Source: Malacoraja senta (taxonomy: Eukaryota). Taken from it: a stretch of DNA of 64,000 nucleotides. The translations under genes were made by a program, and so were the position numbers. The stretch is from NCBI GenBank assembly GCA_038087875.1, contig CM075997.1, positions 1,428,001 to 1,492,000 of the forward strand. Reading direction: 5' to 3'. Positions 34,724 through 46,500 of this stretch are shown one piece after another. The notes beneath the pieces were generated by a model. The model saw only the letters and a program-made list of their open reading frames with translations. It did not search any database and was not told the DNA's origin. The stretch's first letter is position 1; the number at the start of each line of letters is the position of its first letter.

Positions 34724-35302
34724 ATGTGGTAAGACCACGTCTGGAGTATTGTGTTCAGTTTTGGTCTCCTAATTTGAGGAAGGACATCCTTGTGATTGAG
34801 GCAGTGCAGCGTAGGTTCACGAGATTGATCCCTGGGATGGCGGGACTGTCATATGAGGAAAAATTGAAAAGACTAGGCTTGTATTCACTGGAGTTTAGAA
34901 GGATGAGGGGGGATCTTATAGAAACATATAAAATTATAAAAGGACTGGACAAGCTAGATGCAGGAAAAATGTTCCCAATGTTGGGTGAGTCCAGAACCGG
35001 GGGTCACAGTCTTAGAATAAAGGGGAGGTCATTTAAGACTGAGGTGAGAAAAAAACTTTTCACCCAGAGAGTTGTGAATTTATGGAATTCCCTGCCACGG
35101 AGGGCAGTGGAGGCCAAGTCACTGGATGGATTTAAGAGAGAGTTAGATAGAGCTCTAGGGGCTAGTGGAGTCAAGGGATATGGGGAGAAGACAGGCACGG
35201 GTTATTGATAGGGGATGATCAGCCATGATCACAATGAATGGCGGTGCTGGCTTGAAGGGCTAAATGTCCTCCTCCTGCACCTATTTTCTATGTTTCTATG
35301 TC
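34724..35302 (+). mobile_element. CR1 LINE 3' fragment
   Basis: ORF 34726-35208 [14 protein letters not shown]...GYGEKTGTGY*, then 3' UTR and TTTCTATG tail. Confidence 0.9.
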
Positions 35303-36288
35303 TCAAAGCAGGGACCCGAGTCTCAAGGCAGGGAGATGGGCGGCATAGTGGTAGAGTAGCTGCCTTACAGTGCCAAAGACCCGGGTTCGATCCTGACCAC
35401 AGAGTTTGTACGTTTTCCCCGTGGGTTTTCTCCGAGATCTTCGGTTTCCTCGCAAACTCCAAAGACGTGCAGGTTTGTAGGTTAATTGGCTCGATGCAAA
35501 ATGTTTTTAAAATTGTCCCTCGTTGTGAGAGTTGTGAGTCTGTGGAATTCTCTGCCCCAGGGGGCGGTGGAGGCTGGTTCTCTGGATACTTTCAAGAGAG
35601 AGCTAGATAGGGCTCTTAAAGATAGCGGAGTCAGGGGATATGGGGAGAAGGCAGGAACGGGGTACTGATTGGGGATGATCAGCCATGATCACATTGAATG
35701 GCGGTGCTGGCTCGAAGGGCCGAATGGTCTACTCCTGCACCTATTGTCTATAGTGTGTAAGGTAGTGTTGGTGTGCTTGGATCGCTGGTCAGTGCAGACT
35801 TGGTGGGCTGAAGGGCTGTATCTCTAAACTTAACCAGTGTGGGGGATTAAGGAGGACAGGACCTTGGGTCCAGTTTTTAGTTTAGAGATACAGCACGGTA
35901 AGTGCCTCTGGCCCAGCGATCCCACGCCGACCAGCGATTGCCCGTTTACACTAGCTCTATGTTATCCCACCTCCTCGTCCACTCCTTGCAACTGAGGGGC
36001 AAATTACAGAAGCCAATTGGGATGTGGGAAGAAACCGGAGCACCCGGAGGAAACCCACGCATTCAGCGTGGCAACAGGCCCTTTGGCCCACCGGGTCCGC
36101 GCGACCAGCGATCCCCGCACACTACTATCTTAGGAATGGGTGGCGTTTCGGGTCGAGGCCTTTCTTCAGTCAAAATGTCACCCATTCCTTCACTCCAGAG
36201 ATGCTGCCTGTCCCGCTGGGTTACTCCAGCATTCTGTGTCTATCTTCGGTTTAAACCAGCATCTGCAGTCCCATCCTACACAACCTAA

Positions 36289-36609
36289 AACCCCTGTCCC
36301 ACGGTACGAGTTCATTCCAAGAGCTCTACCGAGTTTGCCCTGATTCGAACTCGGAGAATTACGGTAATGGCCGCCCGTCGGTACTCGGGGCTCTCGTGGA
36401 CATTTTTCAACATGTTGAAAAATCTTCACGAGTCTTCCCGTGCTTACCTGCCGTTAGCGAGTCTTCCCGAGTACCTGCCGTTAGCGCTAAGAGACGTCTC
36501 CGAGCTCCGACGTACCCGCTATGTTCATTCTCCGTGCTTACCACAAGTTAGATTTGTTTTTAAACTCGGGAGAGCTCTTGGAATGAACTCGTACTGTGGG
36601 ACAGGGCCA
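36289..36609. mobile_element. MITE with 45-bp terminal inverted repeats, probably PIF/Harbinger superfamily
   Basis: 36292-36336 vs 36562-36606 are reverse complements with 2 mismatches. TAA sits symmetrically outside both ends (36286-36288, 36610-36612). Confidence 0.75.
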
Positions 36610-37703
36610 TAAACCTGTACATCTCCGGAGTGTGGAAGGAAACCGAAGATCTCAGAGAAAACCCACGAGGTCGCGGGGAGAACGTACAAACTCCGTACAG
36701 ACAGCACCCGTAGTCGGGATCGAACCCGGGTCTCTGGCGCTGTGAGGCAGCAACTCTACCGCTGCGCCACCGTACCGCCCCAGATGAAATCTTCCCCGGC
36801 ACATATTGTAGATGACTTGTTGCTCCTTACATATGAGCCTGATTTAGCCCAGCTGGTCGACATACGACTCTCGAACCCCCCCCCCCTCCAAATATTTGCA
36901 AGCTCGGCACTGACACTGCAGATGGGACCTCTCATTCGATCGGAATTTCTTTTAAACCGAATTCCAATCGGATCATCCCATCCTGCGGCCGTATCCCACA
37001 TGTTGCTCCCAACCCAGGCACGGAAACAGCAGCTGACATTGTCAAAGACTTGCCTCCCCCCCCACCCCCCCCAGGGTCACCCCCCCTTCTCCCCACTCCC
37101 ACCCGGCAGAAAGGCCCCGAAGCTTGACAGCGCGCACCCCCAGACTCAGGAACAGCTTCTTCCCGAAGGTAGACACAAAAAGCTGGAGTAACTCAGTGGG
37201 CCAGGCAGCATCTCTGGAGAGAAGGAATGGGTGACAATTCAGGTTGAGACCCTTCTTCAGACTCAAAAGACTTCAGGACAACTTCTTCCCCTCTGTTATC
37301 AGGCTTCGGAACGGTCCTTCCATAAGCCAGGGTACTGTCCGATTCACCTCTACCCCATTGCGGACATTGGACTTTGTCTCTGGAACTGATGCTACAATGC
37401 TGAGAACTATATTCTGCACTCTGTATCTTCCCCTTTGCTCTACTTGTTGGACTGCATTTGACTTGATTGTATTTATGTGTGGTATTATCTGATCTGTATG
37501 GGCAGCATGCAGTACAAAGCTTTTCACTGTATCTAATAAACCTAAACCTTAGGCCCACCAAGACCGAGCTGCCCAGGGAGGTTGCACGGCAGTCCAGGTC
37601 ACGACCCGTGACCCGTCCTGTTGCCACGCAACGCCAACTGGAGGACACGCGGTGAACTGCAGGTAAACACTTACCATGGCTTCCAATGTTAAAAACCGCC
37701 GAA

Positions 37704-37856
37704 ATGGTCAATTTTTGCGCCGTAAATAATTGTGGAAATCGGGGTAACCGTGAGAGACATCAATCCTACTTCAGAATTCCAAAAGTGGGGAGAACTGATG
37801 GTAGAGGGAAGCGAGAGCTGAAGGGACAACAACAGCTAAAGTGGTTGGCGAACATC
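37704..37856 (+). pseudogene. N-terminal part of a THAP zinc-finger domain (DNA transposon remnant)
   Basis: MVNFCAVNNCGNR...SYFRIPK...KWLANI has the CxxxxC, F..P and W signature of THAP. The final C and H ligands are missing. Confidence 0.7.
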
Positions 37857-39243
37857 GACCATTTCGGCGGTTTTAACGGGTAAGAGAGTATGCGTTTCGT
37901 GTATTAACAGTGTACGCCGGAAGCTGCCGTGTCCGCTCACTCGCTAGAATTTAGAAGATTGAGGGGGGATCTTATAGAAACGTACAAAATTCTTAAGGGG
38001 TTGGACAGGCTAGATGCAGGAAGATTGTTCCCGATGTTGGGGAAGTCCAGGACAAGGGGTCACAGTTTAAGGATAAGGGGGAAGTCTTTTCGGACCGAGA
38101 TGAGAAAAACATTTTTTCACACAGAGAGTGGTGAATCTGTGGAATTCTCTGCCACAGAAGGTAGTTGAGGCCAGTTCATTGGCTATATTTAAGAGGGAGT
38201 TAGATGTGGCCCTTGTGGCTAAAGGGATCAGGGGGTATGGAGAGAAGGCAGGTACAGGATACTGAGTTGGATGATCAGCCATGATCATATTGAATGGCAG
38301 TGCAGGCTCGAAGGGCCGAATGGCCTACTCCTGCACCTATTTACTATGTTTCCTCCACATGGATTGAGCTGCTCTGTGGGTCACGCCCTTTGACCTGATG
38401 ACCTTACATGCAACCCCCCTATACCAATCCTACACTAACCCATTTTATCTACCCCCCCCCCCCTCCATCCCCAATGTGGCCACCTTCCTAGATTACACCA
38501 CTCACCCACACACTTGGGACAAATTTACAGCGGTCTGTTAAAGCATCAACCCGCACGTCTTTGGAATGTGGGTGGAAACCGGAGCACCCGGAGGAAACCC
38601 ACGCAGGTCACGGGGAGAACGTACAAACTCCGTACAGGCAGAACCCATCGTCAGGATCGAACCTGCGTCTCTGGAGTGGTAAGACAGCAACTCTACCCGC
38701 TGTGGCAGCCCGATTCTCTGTTCCCCTACCCTGGGGGTAAATCTGTGCATTCATCCTATGTATTCCCCTGATTTTAGACACTTTAGAAGATCACCCCCTC
38801 AGCCTCCTGTGTTCCAAGGAATAAAGTCCCAGATGGACACAAAATGCTGATGTAACTCAGCGGGTCAGGCAGCATTTCTGGAGAGAAGGAATGGGTGACG
38901 TTTCGGCTTGAGACCCTTCTTCAGACTTTAGAGTCCTTGCCTGCCCAACCTCTCCCTGCAGCCCAGGCCCTCGAGTCCTGGCAACATCAGGCAACTGAAA
39001 CATCCTACCACAACCAGAGAGCAGGGCTGAACCGCTGTCTACCTGTGTTTACGAAGGAACTGCAGATGCTGGAAAATCGAAGGTAGACAAAAATGCTGGA
39101 GAAACTCAGCGGGTGCAGCAGCATCTATGGAGCGAAGGAAATAGGCAACGTTTCGGGCCGAAACCCGGAAGGGTTTCGGCCCGAAATGTTGCCTATTTCC
39201 TATAGGGTTTCGGCCGGAAACGTTGCCTATTTCCTTCGCTCCA

Positions 39244-40092
39244 TGAATGTTTGGCAGATGCAGTATAATGTGGATAAATGTGAGGTTATCCACTTTGGTG
39301 GCAAAAACGGGAAGGCAGACTATTATCTAAATGGTGGCCGATTAGGAAATGGGGAGATGCAGCGAGACCTGGGTGTCATGGTACACCAGTCATTGAAAGT
39401 AGGCATGCAGGTGCAGCAGGCAGTGAAGAAAGCGAATGGTATGTTGGCCTTCATAGCAAGAGGATTTGAGTATAGGAGCAGGGAGGTTCTACTGCAGTTG
39501 TACAGGGTCTTGGTGAGACCACACCTGGAGTATTGCGTACAATTTTGGTCTCCAAATCTGAGGAAGGACATTATTGCCATAGAGGGAGTGCAGAGAAGGT
39601 TCACCAGACTAATTCCTGGGATGTCAGGACTGTCTTATGAAGAAAGACTGGATAGACTTGGTTTATACTCTCTAGAATTTAGGAGATTGAGAGGGGATCT
39701 TATAGAAACGTACAAAATTCTTAAGGGGTTGGACAGGCTAGATGCAGGAAGATTGCTCCCGATGTTGGGGAAGTCCAGGACAAGGGGTCACAGCTTAAGG
39801 ATAAGGGGGAAATCCTTTAAAACTGAGATGAGAAGAACTTTTTTCACACAGAGAGTGGTGAATCTCTGGAACTCTCTGCCACAGAGGGTAGTCGAGGCCA
39901 GTTCATTGGCTATATTTAAGAGGGAGTTAGATGTGGCCCTTGTGGCTAAAGGGATCAGAGGGTATGGAGAGAAGGCAGGTACGGGATACTGAGTTGGATG
40001 ATCAGCCATGATCATATTGAATGGCGGTGCGGGCTCGAAGGGCCGAATGGCCTACTCCTGCACCTAATTTCTATGTTTCTATGTTTCTATGT
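39244..40092 (+). mobile_element. Young CR1 3' fragment, nearly identical to the 14.7-18.2 kb copy
   Basis: NVWQMQYNVDKCEVIHFGG...GYGEKAGTGY* is uninterrupted, with a (TTTCTATG)3 tail. Other copies of the same subfamily lie at about 37940-38352 (+) and 49177-49573 (-). Confidence 0.93.
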
Positions 40093-41721
40093 ATCCATAC
40101 ACTGTAAATAGATTGATTGTAATCATGTATTGTCTTTCCGCTGACTGGTTAGCACGCAACAAAAGCGTTTCACTGTTCCTCGATACATACACGTGACAAT
40201 CAACTTAACGGAACTGAAACTAAACTGAACCGCAAAAGGTCCTAGGAAATTGAAGGCACATGGCGAACTTAAGTGGCGATCCCTGTAAGAAACATAGACT
40301 GTAATAAAACATATTCCTCATCTCTCAACTAAACCAAACCAATACCAACACCCAAAAAGACATAAAATGCTAGAGTTCAATGTTTAGTTTAGTATAACCT
40401 GAAGAAAAATAGAAACATTGCAAATAGGTGCAGGAGGAGGCCATTCGGCCCTTCGAGCCAGCACCGCCATTCATTGCGATCATGGCTGATCGTCCCCAAT
40501 CAATAACCCGTGCCTGCCTTCTCCCCATATCCCTTGATTCCACCAGCCCCTAGAGCTCTATCTAACTCTCTCTTAAATCCACCCGGTGACTTGGCCTCCG
40601 CTGCCCTCTGTGGCAGGGAATTCCACAAATTCACAACTCTCTGGGTGAAACTGGTTTCAACCGAAGATAGGGACCAAAAGCTGGAGTAACTCAGCGGGAC
40701 AGGCAGCATCTCTGGAGAGAAGGGCCCATTTCCAGAGATGCCGCCTGTCCCTCTGAGTTACTCCAGCTTTTTGTGTCGATCTTGACTGGCGATCCGGGCT
40801 ATTTCGGGTCTGACATGGGGAATATTCTCTGCACAGCCCACTGAATTCCTCACATTACCTTGCTGTTGACACACAATTAGAAGCTTCCGCCTGTCTCTCT
40901 GTATCGGGGGGAAGTATGTGACATTGTCTAGCCAGGAAATTCCACTGAGAGTGACTGGTCCCCTAAATTACTCCCAATCATATTTTATCTTCTATTTTGA
41001 GCGCAGTTCTCAGCCATCGAGACCGGCGACATATTTTTAGGTTGAGCTACGATTATGATTTTTAAAAGTGATTGATATTCATGTTGTTGTACAAGAAGAG
41101 AGAGTTTAGTTTAGTTTAGTGTAGAGATACAGCACGGGAACAGGTCCTTCGGCCCATCGAGTCCATGCCAGTCAGCGAGCCCCGTACACAAGCAGTATCC
41201 CACACATACTAGGGAAGGGGCAATTTTTTTTCCAACCGAAGCCAAATTAACCTACAAAACTGTAGTTTAGAGATACAGCATGGAAACAGGCCCTTCGGCC
41301 CACTGAGTCCGTGCTGATCAGCGATTACCCCGTACATTAGCACTATCTACGACTAGCATTAGTCCACAAGCCTGTACATTTTTGGAGTGTGGGAGGAAAC
41401 TGGAGCACCCAGGAAAAACCCATGAAGTTACAGGCAGAACGTGCCAACTCCGTACAGACAGCACTCGTAGTCAGGATCGAACTGATGGGCAGAAAGGGCC
41501 TGTTACCAGGCTGTATCTCTAAAGTAAAGACTAAGGTACTCCATCGGTCTGAAGAAGGGTCCCGACCCAAAACATCGTCTGTGCATTTCTCTCCACAGAT
41601 GCTGCCTGACCCGCTGAGTTTCTCCAGCACTTTGTGCTTTGTTCAATGTTCCAGCATCTTGTGACTCTGATTAATTAAAGTTAGTCAAGGAGAGGGGCAT
41701 TTGGGGACTTGTGAACTGCCC

Positions 41722-42215
41722 GAGAGTCATAGAGCCATAGAGTGATATAATGTGGAAACAGGCCCTTCGGCCCAACTTGCCCACACCGGCCAACATGTCC
41801 CAGCTACACTAGTCCCACCTGCCATCATTTGGTCCATATTCCTCCAAACCTGTCCTATCCATGTACCTGTCTAACTGTTTCTGAAACGTTGGTATAGTCC
41901 CTGCCTCAACTACCTCTTCTGGCAGCTCGTTCCAAACACCCACCGTCCTTTGTGTGAAAAAGTTACCCCTCAGATTCCTATTCAATCTTTTTCCCTTCAT
42001 CTTAAACCTATGTCCTCTGGTCCTCGATTCACCTGTTCTGGGCAAGAGACTCTGTGCATCTACCCGATCTATTCCTCTCATGATTTTATACACCTCTATA
42101 AGATCACCCCTCATTCTCCTGCGCTCCAGGGAATGGAATCCCAGCCTACTCAACCTCTCCCTATAGCTCATACCCTGGCAACATACTTGTAAATCTTCTC
42201 TGTACTCATTCCAGC
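41722..42215 (-). mobile_element. CR1/HER1 LINE 3' fragment (SINE-partner subfamily)
   Basis: SYRERLSRLGFHSLERRRMRGDLIEVYK...GRWD*. Its tail GGGCCGAAGGGCCTGTTTCC is shared with the SINEs. Confidence 0.88.
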
Positions 42216-43407
42216 TTGTGCATCTACCGATGTATTCTTCTCATGATTTTATACAATCATTTCTCTGGGATTATTCCACAGCGTTTTAATTTTAATTTAA
42301 GTAAATTTTCAAGTAAGGTGGCCACGGTAGACGCAGCGGTAAAGTTGCTGCCTTACAGCGCCAGGGACCCAGGTTCGATCCTGACCACGGGTACGGAGTT
42401 TGTACGTTCTCCCCGTGACCTGCGTGGGTTTTCTCCGAGATCTTCAGTTTCCTTCCACACTCCAAAAATGTACACATATGACAACAGACAATAGACAATA
42501 GGTGCAGGAGTAGGCCATCCGGCCCTTCGAGCCAGCACCGCCATTCAATGTGATCATGGCTGATCATCCCCAATCAGTACCCCGTTCCTGCCTTCTCCCC
42601 ATATCCCCTGACTCCGCTATTTTTAAGAGCCCTATCTAGCTCTCTTTTGAAAGCATCCAGAGAACCTGCCTCCACTGCCCTCTGAGGCAGAGAATTCCAC
42701 AGACTCAACACTCTCTGTGAGAAAAAGTGTTTCCTCGTCTCCATTCTAAATGGCTTACTCCTTATTCTTAAACTGTGTGGCCCCTGGTTCTGGACTCCCC
42801 CAACATCGGGAACATGTTTCCTGCCTCCAGCGTGTCCAAACCCTTAACAATCTTAATCTATGTATGTTAATTGGCTTGGTATATGTGTAAATTGCCCCTA
42901 GTGTGTGTGGGATAGTGTTAATGTGCGGGGCGGACTTGGTGGACCGAAGGGCCTGTTTCCGCGCCGTATCTCCGAACTAAACTAAATTGCTTCACTTACT
43001 CTGGGCAAGAGACTCTGTACATCTAATATGTGCATCTGTGCCTTCCTCTCCTCCACTCAGCAGCAGAAGCAGCAGAGAGACCCTCTGTTCCTACAGCTGT
43101 TAAGCGTACCTTAGCCATCGGAGGCTGGCTCCAGGAGTCTGACCCGGTAACTGTCTCCAGCTGGAGTCTATTACGCTGCCCAGCAGACAGACAGATTGCA
43201 AGGACCAGAATGTTAGAAATTAAAACAGAATAATTCCCGTGGGCGCGGGGCCAGGATTTGCGTGGAGACTGGGAAACAGGCTGGGGCCGCTGCTCAAAAT
43301 GCCTGCCGGAGGGCTGAGACCATGCATGAACCGGGCGGGGATGAGGGGGGGGGGTTTGGGCAGATCCTACCACCCCAAATCCCATCACAACCCTCTGCCA
43401 TGCCCCA

Positions 43408-43543
43408 TCTCACACACACACGCATACACACGCACAAGCACGCACACACACACGCTCACACACACGCTCACACACACACACACACACACACGCTCACACG
43501 CACGCTCACACACACGCTCACACACGCTCACACACACACACGC
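43408..43543. repeat. Compound (CA)n/(CACGCT) microsatellite
   Basis: Directly visible. Confidence 0.95.
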
Positions 43544-46500
43544 AAGATAAGCCCAGAGCCACCGTAGTAACGATTACATTGTAGTTACACCTAGGCTGTA
43601 CAAGACTTTGGTGAGGCCACATACAGAAGTATTGAACAGGCCCTTCGGCCCACTTGCCCACACTGGCCAACATGTCCAGCCACACTAGTCCCTGCCTACA
43701 GGCCTTCTTTTGGCCCATATCCCTCCAAACCTGTCCTATCCATGTTGTCACCCATTTGGTGTAGATATTTCATATATATGCACATATATACTCATATATA
43801 TATACACACACATATGTGTATGTGCATGTGTGTGCATATATATACACATATATACATATAATAATAATTAATACAGAAAACCAAAACTATGAGGGGTTAA
43901 GTTTAGTTTAGAGATACAGCATGGGAACAGGCCCTTCGGCCCACCGAGATCAAACCAACCAGCAATCGCCCATTCTCACTATTTCTACGTTTAAGAAGGA
44001 ACTGGCAGATGCTGGAAAATCGAAGGTAGACAAAAACGCTGGAGAACTCAGCGGGTGAGGCAGACTGAAGAAGGGTTTCGGCCCGAAACGTTGCCTATTT
44101 CCTTCGCTCCATAGATGCTGCCTCACCTGCTGAGTTTCTCCAGCATTTTTTGTCTACCCTCAATATTTCTATATGGTCCCACTCTCTCATCCACTCCCTA
44201 CACTCTAGGGGCAGTTCACAGAGGGTCAATTAGCCGACAAACCTGCACGTCTTTGGAGTGTGGGTGGAACCCGAAATTCGCCGCGAGAAAAATCCCTATC
44301 TCCCCAAAAAAAATAATTTGAGAAACACCTTGTGGATGGAGAGTGGGGCCGGATCCGGAAAACATTCCTTTCAGGAACGGTGGAAACGGAAACCGGAGCT
44401 TTCGGGAGGGAATTGGATGGAAACCGTTTGCAGGGAAATGGGACAAAGAACCGACTGATTCTCGGCGGCCTCTAGCGTTTTGAACAACTCCACGGAGCTG
44501 GAATGAGACACGGATTTCGAACCCAGAGGTGACAGAGCAACCCAGGGAAAACCCAGTGAGTACTGCCAATAAAACATAATGAAATTCCTTCTGGCCTGCA
44601 TGGAGATTTGTCTCTCTCCTGCTGCTTCATTTGCAGACAAGAACATCAGTGTGTTCAGTATTAGTCAGTCAATGAGGCAAGTCTAGGGAACATCACCTTA
44701 ACCGACAACCACGCTCTCAAGTTTCACTGCCGGCTCTACTGAGAAATTCTCCCTGCTGGAATGTCTTACACATTTATTATTTTTAAAAGATCTCCTTTCC
44801 CATGGCTTGTTAAAATCAGACGGTCACATATTATAGAACAGGCCCACTACAGGAGGCGCTAGGCTAGACACAAAGATGAGGGAACTTTAGGAAGTTCTGA
44901 AGAAGGGTCTCGACCCGAAACATCCCCCATTCCTTCTCCCCAGAGATGCTGCAAGGACGAACAGGTTTGTAGGTTATTTGGCTTTGGTAAAAAAAACTAT
45001 AATAGACAATAGGCAATAGACAATAGGTGCAGGAGTAGGCCATTCTGTCCTTCGAGCCAGCACCGCCATTCAATGTGCTCATGGCTGATCATCCCCAATC
45101 AGTGCCCCGTTCCTGCCTTCTCCCCATATCCCCCGACTCCGCTATCTTTAAGAGCCCTATCTAGATCTCTCTTGAAAGCATCCAGAGAACCTGCCTCCAC
45201 CGCCCTCTGAGGCAGAGAATTCCACCAATCCCATAAATTGTCCCATGTGTGTAGGATGGTGTACGGGGTGATTTCTGGTCGGCGCGGACTCTGTGGGCTG
45301 AAGGACCTGTTTCCACAATGTATCTCCAAAATTAAAAAAAACTATTCCCACAATTCCTATCCCAACACACTTCCCTGCGCACCAGACTCCCAATTTTTGT
45401 CTTCTGTCTGAAGAGCGGTCTCGACCTGAAACGTCACCCATTCCTTCTCTCCAGAGATGCTGCCTGTCCCACTGAGTTACTCCAGCATTTTGTGTCTATC
45501 TTCGGTGTAAACCAGCATCTGCGATTCCTTTAATCCCACACATTAGGAAGTTCCTAATGTTCCTGATTAGTACGGGTGTCATGGGTTGCGGGGAGAAGGC
45601 AGGAGAATGGGGTTGAGAGGGAAAGATTGATCAGCCATGATTGAATGGCGGAGTAGACCTGATGGGCCGAATAGCCTAATTCTGCTCCTCGAACTTATAA
45701 GGGGAGATGTAGAGGGTGGTGGCAATATTTTTGAGCTTTTAGTTTGAGATTACAGACTTCTGTACTGTCCCATGTCCTAATTTAGTTTAGTCTAGAGATA
45801 CAGCGCGGAAACAGGCCCTCCAGCCAACCGAGTCCACACCGACCAGCGATCCTCGCACAAACGCTATCCTACACACGTAAGGGACATTTTACAATTTGGC
45901 CAATTAGCCTACAAACCTGCACGTCTTTGGAATGTGAGAGGAAACCGGAGATCCTGGAGAAAACCCCATGCATGTCACGGGGAGAACGTACAAACTCCAA
46001 CCTCCAGCTTTTTGTGTCTATCTTCGGTTAAACCAGCATCTGCAGTTCCTTCTCAGATATTTATCCATTAACCTCAGTTTTACCCGAGGTCCCCGCGCAA
46101 CATATGGTCACGACGCCTTGACCTTGAGGGCCGTGACTCTCACTTCACCTCTGGACAGTGGACCATAGGGTCAGAGACATGGAAACAGGCCATTCTGCCC
46201 ATCCAGTCCATGCCAACCAATTTGGACCAGACTTGGGGTAGACCTGGCGAACCCACACTGACCCGGGTGACCAGGTCATTGGCGATTCAGTGCCGCTCCA
46301 CGGCCCTGCCCACGGACCTTCCAACATTCTGATGATGAGATGATGACTGGGAGGAGAGTGGGCGCCAGATAGCCGGATGGGATTTGTCCAGCTCTTTGTG
46401 AACAAGATGTACTCTGGCGAATTTCCACATCATCGAGAAGATGCCAGAGTTGGACTGGAACAGATTGGTCAGAGGCACAGCTGGTTCTGGAGATCAGGTC

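Noticed and set aside
43110..43300. Possible alternative first exon ending ATG GCT AAG|gtacgc
   Set aside because: It would be out of frame with the MPEG exon and has no other support.
46287..46478. Possible host exon MWKFARVHLVHKELDKSHPAIWRPLS
   Set aside because: It matches the decayed LINE RT motif WK.A.V.P.HKK.DKS.P.NYRPIS.
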